From positions 1 through 40,868 of IMG/VR virus record IMGVR_UViG_3300016265_000761: 40,868 nt of DNA; one strand, given 5' to 3'. Numbering within the stretch: position 1 is the first letter of the stretch; each line of letters begins with the position of its first letter. This DNA comes from a virus (lineage: Duplodnaviria; Caudoviricetes). Made by a program: the position numbers and the translations under genes. The notes beneath the pieces are model-generated. The model did no database searches and had not been told where the DNA came from. It worked only from the letters and a program-made list of their open reading frames with translations. Shown piece after piece: positions 16,175-24,070 of this stretch.

Positions 16175-17925
16175 GAATCAAAAAAATAGCATCGTCCGGC
16201 ACTGTAGCGGTTAAAAACATCGAGATCCACTGCGATACACCGATAACCCTGATCGCGGCCCACAATCGCGGTGGCAAAACATCCATGCGCGATGGCGTCA
16301 TCCACGCATTTACCGGCGTGCATCCTAAAGAAAAGCTGAAGAAAAACTACCCGCTACTGATCAATCAGGCTGGCGGAAATAAGGTTGGTTACACCTATGT
16401 TGATTATGAGGAAGGTTCATCCGGACTTAATAGAAAGGCATGTATCACGCTACCGAACGGTACGCACGAGCTAACACAACCGGTACCGGCAGTATTGCCA
16501 TATGTGCTTGATCCATCCTTATTCGGCAGCATCACAGCGGATGAGCGCAGATCGTTTTTGTTCGACCTGATGAATTTGCGCAGCGATGGCGAAGCGGTGA
16601 AAAAGAATCTTGTTTTGCGTGGATTGAGCACCGACAGGATCGAGCAAGTCATGCCATTCTTAAAATCGAGCTTTGCTGCAGCGCAACGGCACGCCGATGA
16701 AAAGGTAAAGCAGGCGAGAGCTAATTGGAAAGCTGTTACCAATGAAACATACGGCGACAAGAAAGCGATTGACTGGAAAGCGCCGGTTCCGGATGTCGAT
16801 CTTAGCGCAAAAAAGCAGGCAGAAATTGATCTGGCTGGAATTGATCGTGAATTGACTGAAGCAAACCAGGAACTTGGAGCGCTTCAAGCATTGGCAAATG
16901 GCGTTAAACAGAAAGCCGGTGAAATTCAGCGACTGACAGAACTTGCTGGCAAAGAAGAACGTATTCGCCAGAAGCTTGATGTTGACCGGCATCAAGTTGA
17001 GGAATGGACGGTAAAAATTGAAGAGACGCGCAAAGTTGCGATGGGATCGAAGCCTGGATCAATTACTTGCGTATGCCCATCTTGCGGCACAGAACTTATT
17101 TTTGATGGGACAAAATTAATCGAACGCGGCGGCGATCTGCACGGCGACGAGGATGCTGCAGCAAAATTACCGGAATACGAGAACGCGCTGAAAACACTCA
17201 AAAACGCAGTGACAAACGGCGAGCGTGACCTTATTGCTGCAACCGCCGCACACGAACAATTGGCATTGATGAATGGCTCAACGGAAGATGCGCCATCCGA
17301 AGAAAAAATAGATGCCATCAAAAACAAAATAGCGTTGTTGCGCACAAGCCGCGATCAAGCACAAAAAACGCTCGACAAAATTAACAGCGACATCCGGCTG
17401 GCACTGGAAGCCGAAGAAAAAACTAAGAAGGCAGCGGAGCATCACGACGACGCCCAAGCGTGGAACGCTATTGCTGCTGCGCTTTCGCCTGATGGCATAC
17501 CGGGCGATATGCTTGGAGCGGCACTGAGGCCGATTAATGACCGGATCGCGCAGAGTGTAGAGCGTCTTGGGTTTCCCGGCAAGGTCCGCATCACCGATGA
17601 TATGACGATCATGGAGGATGATAATAAGCTTTACGCATTCTCTTCCAAAGCTACGCGATTGTTGATCGACTCGATGATTGCCGAGGCCATCAGCTTTTTG
17701 GCCGACATCAAATTTTTTATGATCGATGAATTCGATTTGATCGACATGCCTACGCGCGGCAAATATCTAAAATGGTTGGTTGGAATGGCGCGTGTTGGCG
17801 AGATTGAATCGGTAATTGTGTTCGGCACTCTCAAAGAAAAACCGGAAAATCTGCCTGCAGATATATCGGTGCACTGGTTGGTTAATGGTACTGTGCAGGA
17901 TGATGTTAGGGTGGAGGCGGCATGA
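16171..17925 (+). CDS. SbcC/Rad50-like ATPase with coiled coil
   Basis: HNRGGKTS Walker A, central CPSCG, FFMIDEFD Walker B. Confidence 0.8.
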   Translation: MRIKKIASSGTVAVKNIEIHCDTPITLIAAHNRGGKTSMRDGVIHAFTGVHPKEKLKKNYPLLINQAGGNKVGYTYVDYEEGSSGLNRKACITLPNGTHELTQPVPAVLPYVLDPSLFGSITADERRSFLFDLMNLRSDGEAVKKNLVLRGLSTDRIEQVMPFLKSSFAAAQRHADEKVKQARANWKAVTNETYGDKKAIDWKAPVPDVDLSAKKQAEIDLAGIDRELTEANQELGALQALANGVKQKAGEIQRLTELAGKEERIRQKLDVDRHQVEEWTVKIEETRKVAMGSKPGSITCVCPSCGTELIFDGTKLIERGGDLHGDEDAAAKLPEYENALKTLKNAVTNGERDLIAATAAHEQLALMNGSTEDAPSEEKIDAIKNKIALLRTSRDQAQKTLDKINSDIRLALEAEEKTKKAAEHHDDAQAWNAIAAALSPDGIPGDMLGAALRPINDRIAQSVERLGFPGKVRITDDMTIMEDDNKLYAFSSKATRLLIDSMIAEAISFLADIKFFMIDEFDLIDMPTRGKYLKWLVGMARVGEIESVIVFGTLKEKPENLPADISVHWLVNGTVQDDVRVEAA

Positions 17926-17926
17926 A

Positions 17927-18223
17927 ATGAACGAACTCGAACTAATAGAAAAGCTAAGCAAGGCAATATCAGACAATATCAGCGGTGTTAGTGTGCCTCT
18001 TGATAAAAGGCCGTGGTCATCTGCTCAATGTGCCGATTATCTTGGCATTGAGGTTAATACGTTTCACACCTCAATTGCACCGTTACCGCAATTTCCGCGA
18101 GCGATTCGCGCCATCACAGGCCGCGGACGCTCTCAGCCTCGCTGGATTGCCCAAGAGGTTATTGATTGGTGGCTATCGCATCGGGAAGAAACTGAGAATA
18201 GAAGAAAACGAAAAAGCGCTTAA
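17927..18223 (+). CDS. Excisionase/AlpA-like winged-helix protein
   Basis: WSSAQCADYLG...PQFPRAIR...PRWIAQEVIDW; last gene of the operon facing int. Confidence 0.75.
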   Translation: MNELELIEKLSKAISDNISGVSVPLDKRPWSSAQCADYLGIEVNTFHTSIAPLPQFPRAIRAITGRGRSQPRWIAQEVIDWWLSHREETENRRKRKSA

Positions 18224-18230
18224 ATATCAC

Positions 18231-18259
18231 TTGACATACAGGCACAATGAGCCTATAAT
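18231..18259 (+). promoter_or_regulatory. Consensus sigma70 promoter with operator palindrome in the spacer
   Basis: TTGACA-N17-TATAAT; AGGCACAATGAGCCT at 18240-18254. Confidence 0.9.
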
Positions 18260-18321
18260 TATTTCCATGGTTAGCAATAACGCAAACCGCCGCGCCTCGG
18301 GAACAGGGGCTGGAGATTAGA

Positions 18322-18564
18322 ATGATTAATACTGATAACGATATTTTAGAGGCGTGCCAAAAACATGGTAGCAAAAAAGTATATGAAGCAGCTTATGCTT
18401 TTATGCGTAACGACCTCGAAGCGCTCCCTAGCGTTGGACTAAAAAACCCGAATGGAATGGGGGAAGCTGATTACATAGGATCAAAGGTCTTTAAAATGCT
18501 AGGGCAAGTAGACAAAGCAAAAGACTTGGCTGACATTACAATTGATCTAGCAAAGATTAAATGA
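18322..18564 (+). CDS. Hypothetical 80-aa protein; candidate anti-CRISPR/anti-defence protein
   Basis: GGAG RBS; lies between a strong promoter and an Aca-like HTH gene; function inferred from context only. Confidence 0.7.
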   Translation: MINTDNDILEACQKHGSKKVYEAAYAFMRNDLEALPSVGLKNPNGMGEADYIGSKVFKMLGQVDKAKDLADITIDLAKIK

Positions 18565-18806
18565 CTAACCATCCAAATCGCAGCCGGGCGGCAAACCCGG
18601 CAAGCAATCCCACGCCGGACGAAATACTGGGTATGCGCTTTAACGCCGGATTAACGCAGCAAAAAGCAGCCGATCTGGTTTATGTTTCAGCGAAAACATG
18701 GAGGAGCTGGGAGGCAGATCCATCTAGCCAATCTCATCGCCGTATGCACCCGGCAATCTGGGAATTATTTTTGCTGAAAACTGGGCAGACAAAACTTGAC
18801 ATTTAA
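18561..18806 (+). CDS. Aca1/Aca3/KorC-like HTH repressor
   Basis: NPTPDEI...AGLTQQKAADLV...TWRSWEA...RRMHPAIWELF. Confidence 0.8.
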   Translation: MTNHPNRSRAANPASNPTPDEILGMRFNAGLTQQKAADLVYVSAKTWRSWEADPSSQSHRRMHPAIWELFLLKTGQTKLDI

Positions 18807-19783
18807 TCAAGCCGCTTTGCAATTTCTTCGGCTGGCATGTTGAAATAAACCTGCAATTGGCGTAAATCACGATGCCCGACCATTCTGGCAAGCTCAAGTA
18901 TATTCAGCTTTTTTGCTAATCTTGTAATAGCGGTGTGGCGTGTATCGTGAAAGTGCAAATCATTAATCAGCGCCATCTTTTTAGCTTTGCGAAATAACGA
19001 ATCGATCTGGCTTGTTTGCAGATCGAATACCAAATCATTGCTGCGCGTTAATTGATTCAATATCCGAATCGCTTCGCTTGATAACGGAACCTCGCGCTTA
19101 TGCCCGTTCTTTGTTTGCCACAACATCGCAACGCGCCGTTCCAGATCGACATCACGCCAGCACAATCCGCAAATCTCCCCGGCTCGCATTGCTGTTTCAA
19201 TTGCGAATAATAGCGCCGCCCCTACCCTAGCCGATATTGTCGCCGGTTGCCGCTCGAAATCGTAACCGAGCGCGTACAACAACCGCTCAAGCTCATCATC
19301 AGAAATCAGCCGATCCCGCGGCAATGGTTGTGCTGGTCGCTTAACTCCCTTAATCGGATTTTCTTTCAACCAGCCCCATTCATTGATTGCAACATTTACA
19401 GAATGCCGTAAAAGATTCCATTCACGCAGCACCGTGCCAGCCGTAACGACACGAAGCCTCCTATCGCGCCATGCCGCAAAATGTTCGGGTTTCAGATTAA
19501 TCAGCTTCACCGCTGCAATCTCATCGCGCCCAAGCGCTTTTATGCGCTTTATCTCCCACTCACCGCCGCGCTTTGTTGTGCTTACCTCATCTGCATACCT
19601 GTCAAGCAACTCGCCGAATGTCTTGTCAGGTATCTTGCCGTCTAACCCGTCGAGTATCTCGCGTTCAATATCAGCCGCCCAGTGTTGCGCCTCGGTCTTT
19701 GTATCAAATGTTCTAGACCTGCGGACACCTTTGCGACAGACGGACGCCTCCCATCCGTTACCTTTTTTTCTCAGCGATGCCAT
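18803..19783 (-). CDS. int: Tyrosine integrase
   Basis: ETAMRAGEI, TKNG, HFHDTRH, MVGH...QVYF catalytic R-K-H-R-H-Y set. Confidence 0.95.
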   Translation of the reverse strand: MASLRKKGNGWEASVCRKGVRRSRTFDTKTEAQHWAADIEREILDGLDGKIPDKTFGELLDRYADEVSTTKRGGEWEIKRIKALGRDEIAAVKLINLKPEHFAAWRDRRLRVVTAGTVLREWNLLRHSVNVAINEWGWLKENPIKGVKRPAQPLPRDRLISDDELERLLYALGYDFERQPATISARVGAALLFAIETAMRAGEICGLCWRDVDLERRVAMLWQTKNGHKREVPLSSEAIRILNQLTRSNDLVFDLQTSQIDSLFRKAKKMALINDLHFHDTRHTAITRLAKKLNILELARMVGHRDLRQLQVYFNMPAEEIAKRLD

Positions 19784-20019
19784 TCCGTAATTTATTCCGT
19801 AAAATTTCCGTAATATTAGCGGAAATTATCGAAACAAATCGAAGAAAATATTATTTTGATGCTGTTAAGTTTTGGCTTGAAACGGCTTGAATGCTACGTT
19901 TTAAAGAAAAATTGAAATTTATTGAATGTTTACGATAACTGCTACTGGTGCCGAGAGGGGGAATCACAAAACCGCTTATATGCTACGTTTGCGCTATGCG
20001 TTCCGTATAATTTCCGTAA
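19783..20019. other. attP region with arm-type repeats
   Basis: TTCCGTAA at 19783, 19795, 19806 and 20012, TTCCGTAT at 20001; 22-bp imperfect direct repeats at 19880 and 19969 flank the core. Confidence 0.8.
19946..19965 (-). other. att core: tRNA 3'-end fragment
   Basis: Minus strand GATTCCCCCTCTCGGCACCA = part of T-loop, T-stem, acceptor strand and CCA. Confidence 0.8.
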
Positions 20020-20370
20020 TCACTTGTAGATAATCCTTTCAAAACGATCCTTGCACATACCATCCGCGCAAGTTTTGATCTTTTTCGGTAGCCATTGCAT
20101 ATTAATTATTTTATCTACCCCGCCATTGGCGAGTGGTATTACGTGATCAACCTGCCATTCGTCACGATTATATTGAGGAGGCAATGGATACAACGCCTCA
20201 AATCTTTTGCGCTCTGCAACGCTTCTTAGAATCTTCCCGTCGGCGTTTCTTTTTGGTTCGCATTCACAATAACGCGGATCTGTATTTGCTGTTGGCTCTG
20301 CATAAGCAAGTGCAGTTGCAAGACAAGTTGCAACAATAACCGCAATAATGTTTTCAGTTACTTTTCCCAA
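20020..20370 (-). CDS. HNH-motif protein with N-terminal signal peptide
   Basis: IIAVIVATCLATALAYA-E; WQVDHVIPLANGGVDKIINMQWL. Confidence 0.75.
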   Translation of the reverse strand: MGKVTENIIAVIVATCLATALAYAEPTANTDPRYCECEPKRNADGKILRSVAERKRFEALYPLPPQYNRDEWQVDHVIPLANGGVDKIINMQWLPKKIKTCADGMCKDRFERIIYK

Positions 20371-20762
20371 TGACTTGCTCCTCCAAGTCTAACACCTGCC
20401 CACATCGCCCAGGCTATCGCTTTAGCCTTTAACTTACTTTTTCCATCTTTTGTTAAGCATTCAATGATCACGCCGCGCAAAACCTTATCAGCGGTTTCCC
20501 GGTCAATCTGTCGCTCGTGCCCGGTCGATTGTGTGTGTTCTTTACGATATAACCAATCATGCAAAGTAGCAGCCTCATCACCAACACCGCCAAATAACAT
20601 GTACATAAAGGGAAGTCTTGGAACCGATGCAAAGTTAGTGACAAACCCGGCATCGACAACTATCAAGCCAATTGTGTCGCTGTTATATACCAGCGGTTCC
20701 AGCAATTTCCAGCATCGCTCGCTTTCTTTTTCTACACGCAATGCCGTTTGAAATTTACCCAT
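20358..20762 (-). CDS. DUF1353 family protein
   Basis: AGFVTNFASVPR, AATLHDWLY, ADKVL, MWAGVRLGG. Confidence 0.88.
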   Translation of the reverse strand: MGKFQTALRVEKESERCWKLLEPLVYNSDTIGLIVVDAGFVTNFASVPRLPFMYMLFGGVGDEAATLHDWLYRKEHTQSTGHERQIDRETADKVLRGVIIECLTKDGKSKLKAKAIAWAMWAGVRLGGASHWEK

Positions 20763-20979
20763 TGGCGAAACGCTCCGCTATTACATTCTCAACTCCGCAT
20801 AACCCGCCCTCTGGATAATCCGGTTTTTTCATGCGAATTGCTTCAATCAACAATTTTCGCTTATCTGCATTTGTTTCTGAACAATATTTATCATTAAGCT
20901 CTTTAAGCCCATATAAAAATTCAAGATTGCAGCCTGTGCTAAAAACAACAATTAACATCATTATAAAAATTATTTTCAT
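20755..20979 (-). CDS. Small lipoprotein (possible lysis accessory)
   Basis: MKIIFIMMLIVVFSTGC lipobox; directly after the endolysin. Confidence 0.7.
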   Translation of the reverse strand: MKIIFIMMLIVVFSTGCNLEFLYGLKELNDKYCSETNADKRKLLIEAIRMKKPDYPEGGLCGVENVIAERFANG

Positions 20980-21452
20980 ATCATGCCCTCAAAAAGTTTA
21001 ATTTCGTTTTCTCTTCTATTAACCAATCCTTGCACGACCTTCCCGGCTGAACGGTTCCATCGCCGCAATTGATCATTAACGCGAGCGTATCTTCCTTCGT
21101 TCAACAATTTTCGTAATGTAGACTGATAGAAAGCTTGACGTCCTACATTAAAAACAAACGATACTAAAGCATCAAATTGATTTTGATTTAGTGTTACAGT
21201 AATCCCGCTATTGACAGCACCTTCTGCGCCAGCAAGGTCTTGCGTTAAGAGTCTATCAATCTGCAAGCTGGTCAAACCATCGTGATATTTAATGGCTTCG
21301 CCAAGTATCAGAATTTTCCCGCTAGTTAATTCGTCTTTTGTTAACAAATGTCCAACCCCTATAGTCCAAAGCCCTGCAACGTCTTGATACGCTTCGTTGC
21401 TTGATCCTTCCCATTCAGTCAGCAACGTTCTTCCGTGATCGCTCATTTTCAT
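20976..21452 (-). CDS. Endolysin, GH24 lysozyme
   Basis: EG...YQDVAGLWTIGVGH, QNQFDALVSFVFNVG, GLVNRRENE. Confidence 0.95.
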   Translation of the reverse strand: MKMSDHGRTLLTEWEGSSNEAYQDVAGLWTIGVGHLLTKDELTSGKILILGEAIKYHDGLTSLQIDRLLTQDLAGAEGAVNSGITVTLNQNQFDALVSFVFNVGRQAFYQSTLRKLLNEGRYARVNDQLRRWNRSAGKVVQGLVNRRENEIKLFEGMI

Positions 21453-21454
21453 CG

Positions 21455-22414
21455 TTACGCCGCCGCGTTAAATCTAAGTATCGGCAGTTTTGCCGCTATT
21501 TCCGAATAACTTAAATATGGGTTATTACTTGCGCCATAAATAGAATCGCCAGCGCCATCGATGTTTGTACTAAATCCGCTCCCACCGACGGTACAAAAAC
21601 TTACGCGCACAGAAGATCCGTCTGTCGGCAACTCAATCAAATTTCCACCACCCGCTCCTACATAATAAGTCACTCCAGCAAGCTCACCAGTATTTAATGT
21701 GCTTGTTAATTCTGGTTTTATATCGCTGCCAGCTTGTGCATATAATTTTGTTGTGCCGTTAAATGCTGCGCCGTTTGACGTAAACAATTTCGCTTTAAAT
21801 GTGACAAATATTCCGCCAACGTCCGACCCGTCAACCTCAACCATCGGAATCAGCGCATTATGTGCAATACGATATTTTGTTGTATCAGCAGAAGATGCGG
21901 ATCTGTCTCCAGCAGTCGGTACATTGCTCCAACCGCGCCTAGACGTAACCGGGTCGTGTGTAAATGATCCGGTACTACTTAATGCGTAAGTAGATAATGT
22001 ATAATAATTAAAGGCGTACTGTGGCATGCCATTCGAGGCATCCACTCGAGTCCATTGTCCAGTGGATAATAACAGCACATACAACTGCACATCGTAAAAT
22101 GACGTAAATGCGTTCGTTGTTGTGTTATTAGCACCAACCCAAACAACTCCCCATGCATTTAAACAATTCCAGTATCTAGCCAGGACGGTACCAGGATTTG
22201 TAAAATCATCGGCATACCAGCTTGGGAGTCCATCCCCGTGCATTCGATGCCCCTGGTAAATATAAGCGCCCTTCGTAGCAATCCAACTTGGCGCGCAATC
22301 CATAATGAACTGAGGGTCTACCCCATTATCAGACGATAGCGCGGTAGCCATTGTTGTTATATGCGCCAACGTTATTTCATCCTGGCCGCCGCGAAAAGTT
22401 TTAAATGTTCGCAT
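21455..22414 (-). CDS. Hypothetical beta-rich protein
   Basis: 319-aa ORF rich in aromatic, Gly and Thr residues; tight operon spacing. Confidence 0.75.
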   Translation of the reverse strand: MRTFKTFRGGQDEITLAHITTMATALSSDNGVDPQFIMDCAPSWIATKGAYIYQGHRMHGDGLPSWYADDFTNPGTVLARYWNCLNAWGVVWVGANNTTTNAFTSFYDVQLYVLLLSTGQWTRVDASNGMPQYAFNYYTLSTYALSSTGSFTHDPVTSRRGWSNVPTAGDRSASSADTTKYRIAHNALIPMVEVDGSDVGGIFVTFKAKLFTSNGAAFNGTTKLYAQAGSDIKPELTSTLNTGELAGVTYYVGAGGGNLIELPTDGSSVRVSFCTVGGSGFSTNIDGAGDSIYGASNNPYLSYSEIAAKLPILRFNAAA

Positions 22415-22417
22415 ATA

Positions 22418-23212
22418 TTAGCCTATAATTAACCTATAACCGTACAACGCTCCGCTATCCGCCCCAGCTCCAGTTGGCTCCCAAGAGAAACTTAAATAGG
22501 CGTCTTTTGTGAAATCTTGGCTGTTCGATACATCAACATAACCAGTGTCAGACGTCACGGCAGTGTTGTTGTTTTCTTGCAACCTATTAACCGAAACTTT
22601 ATTGCTGGCGGCTGAAGCGTATTCGGTTATCCTTGCGCGTCCGACAGTCCAACCTTGCCGGTTTGTGGCCGCCGCCGCCATTTGTGACCACGCAACTTGA
22701 CAATTATCTTTATATGTTGCTGACCATCCAAATCTCGCTGACATTACGGTTGCATCAGTTGCACTACCTGTCATGCCCCACATATAACCAATCTCTAAGT
22801 TAAAACCGACTTTTGCATAAATCTCAAGCGGAACTATAGGGTTCCCGTTTGGAAGAGCTATTTCAATCTTGGTCGCCGAGGTTGTTGACATAGTAGCAAG
22901 TGGTGATGCTTTAGTGCCCCACTCCTGACAAAATACTTGCCGGAAAGCCGGAACCCACACGTCATTAGATGCAGCAAGAAATATGCCATACTCTGGCATT
23001 CCCGGTATGGCCGCTGCTGACGATGTTACAAATTCGCTGCTCGGTATATTTATAATCGTGCCAACTTCAACAGCAGAGGCGTCCGGCATCGTTGCTAACG
23101 TAAAGGAGTTTGATATTGATGAGCCGTTAACCTCAAGACCAAGAGTTGTTGAGTTTTGTCGAACAAGTCGTAAAAATGCATTTTCGTAATAACCATCTAA
23201 AAAATCTTTCAT
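22418..23212 (-). CDS. Hypothetical, possibly virion fibre/appendage protein
   Basis: FTLATMPDASAVEVG resembles the TVATLP-type motif of fibre proteins. Confidence 0.65.
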   Translation of the reverse strand: MKDFLDGYYENAFLRLVRQNSTTLGLEVNGSSISNSFTLATMPDASAVEVGTIINIPSSEFVTSSAAAIPGMPEYGIFLAASNDVWVPAFRQVFCQEWGTKASPLATMSTTSATKIEIALPNGNPIVPLEIYAKVGFNLEIGYMWGMTGSATDATVMSARFGWSATYKDNCQVAWSQMAAAATNRQGWTVGRARITEYASAASNKVSVNRLQENNNTAVTSDTGYVDVSNSQDFTKDAYLSFSWEPTGAGADSGALYGYRLIIG

Positions 23213-23215
23213 TTT

Positions 23216-23458
23216 TTACCCCGCATAAGTGGCCGTCAGACCTTGTGCAACGGTTATCAACTGGCCTCTATCGGAAAAATCAGAAATGCTATTAGCAAAA
23301 GCACTTGTACCGTCTGCATTTTTTATACGTTTACATAACCATTTCGCTTGCGAAGTCGTTGCCGCCGCGTCATACGACATATAAATATACGTATATGTCG
23401 TGCTTGTTGTGTTGTCGATGTGCCGTCTTAAGCCGTCCTCGAAGAATACTGCTGCCAT
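23216..23458 (-). CDS. Hypothetical 80-aa protein, probably structural
   Basis: GAGG RBS; YTYIY...AATTSQAKWLCKRI. Confidence 0.65.
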   Translation of the reverse strand: MAAVFFEDGLRRHIDNTTSTTYTYIYMSYDAAATTSQAKWLCKRIKNADGTSAFANSISDFSDRGQLITVAQGLTATYAG

Positions 23459-23469
23459 ATTTGCCTCGC

Positions 23470-23784
23470 TTATCCAAAAAATTTAAACATTGCCGCAATA
23501 CTTGCAGCCGCCGCGCCAATTGCACCTATCCACAAAGCCCATATCTTTAACGTATCAACAGTTATAAAATTATTATGGGCTCGTTCAATTATTGGCTTGT
23601 TTTCTTTCAATGTTGCTGATATTTCTTTCAAGTACATAAGCGCCTCGTCTAATTTGTCGTATAGCCTTCGCCTATGTTCCACATGCTCACCATGCTGTCT
23701 TGTGCAGTCTTTTATATGGTCGTTTAAAACCTGTTCTAATGCGTCTATTCGCTCATTGGTTTTTGTTGTTGTTTCCCACATCAC
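23470..23784 (-). CDS. Holin-like membrane protein (coiled coil plus C-terminal TM)
   Basis: C-terminal IWALWIGAIGAAAASIAAMFKFFG; GAGG RBS. Confidence 0.55.
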   Translation of the reverse strand: MMWETTTKTNERIDALEQVLNDHIKDCTRQHGEHVEHRRRLYDKLDEALMYLKEISATLKENKPIIERAHNNFITVDTLKIWALWIGAIGAAAASIAAMFKFFG

Positions 23785-23794
23785 ATTGCACCTC

Positions 23795-24070
23795 TTACGC
23801 TGATAATTTTGCGGCCGCTATAAAAAGCGCATCGACCTGATCAGATGTTAAATTCAGCGCAGCCGCGCCAGCCAACAACACCGGATCATTTCTTTTCCAA
23901 ACTGTAGCGCGATTAATGAAAGCCAATTCTGCAAAGGTTCGCGCCGCGTCTGTTGCCCATACTTGATAGGATGTTGATAATCCATAACTATCTAAAACAA
24001 GCAGCGCTTTCAGTGGCTCAATTGATTCAGGAACCTCTGAGATTTCGCCGACCGGATAAATTGTCGTCAT
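23795..24070 (-). CDS. Tail-fibre-associated chaperone-like protein
   Basis: ATVWKRNDP...LNLTSDQVDALFIAAA motif typical of genes following fibre genes. Confidence 0.7.
   Translation of the reverse strand: MTTIYPVGEISEVPESIEPLKALLVLDSYGLSTSYQVWATDAARTFAELAFINRATVWKRNDPVLLAGAAALNLTSDQVDALFIAAAKLSA

Noticed and set aside
18226-18239. ATCACTTGA matching the left part of a PL operator next to the cassette promoter
   Set aside because: Right half-site GTGAT is absent; the match largely comes from the TTGACA box
19946-19965. tRNA gene
   Set aside because: Only the 3' 20 nt are present with no cloverleaf; interpreted as the att core
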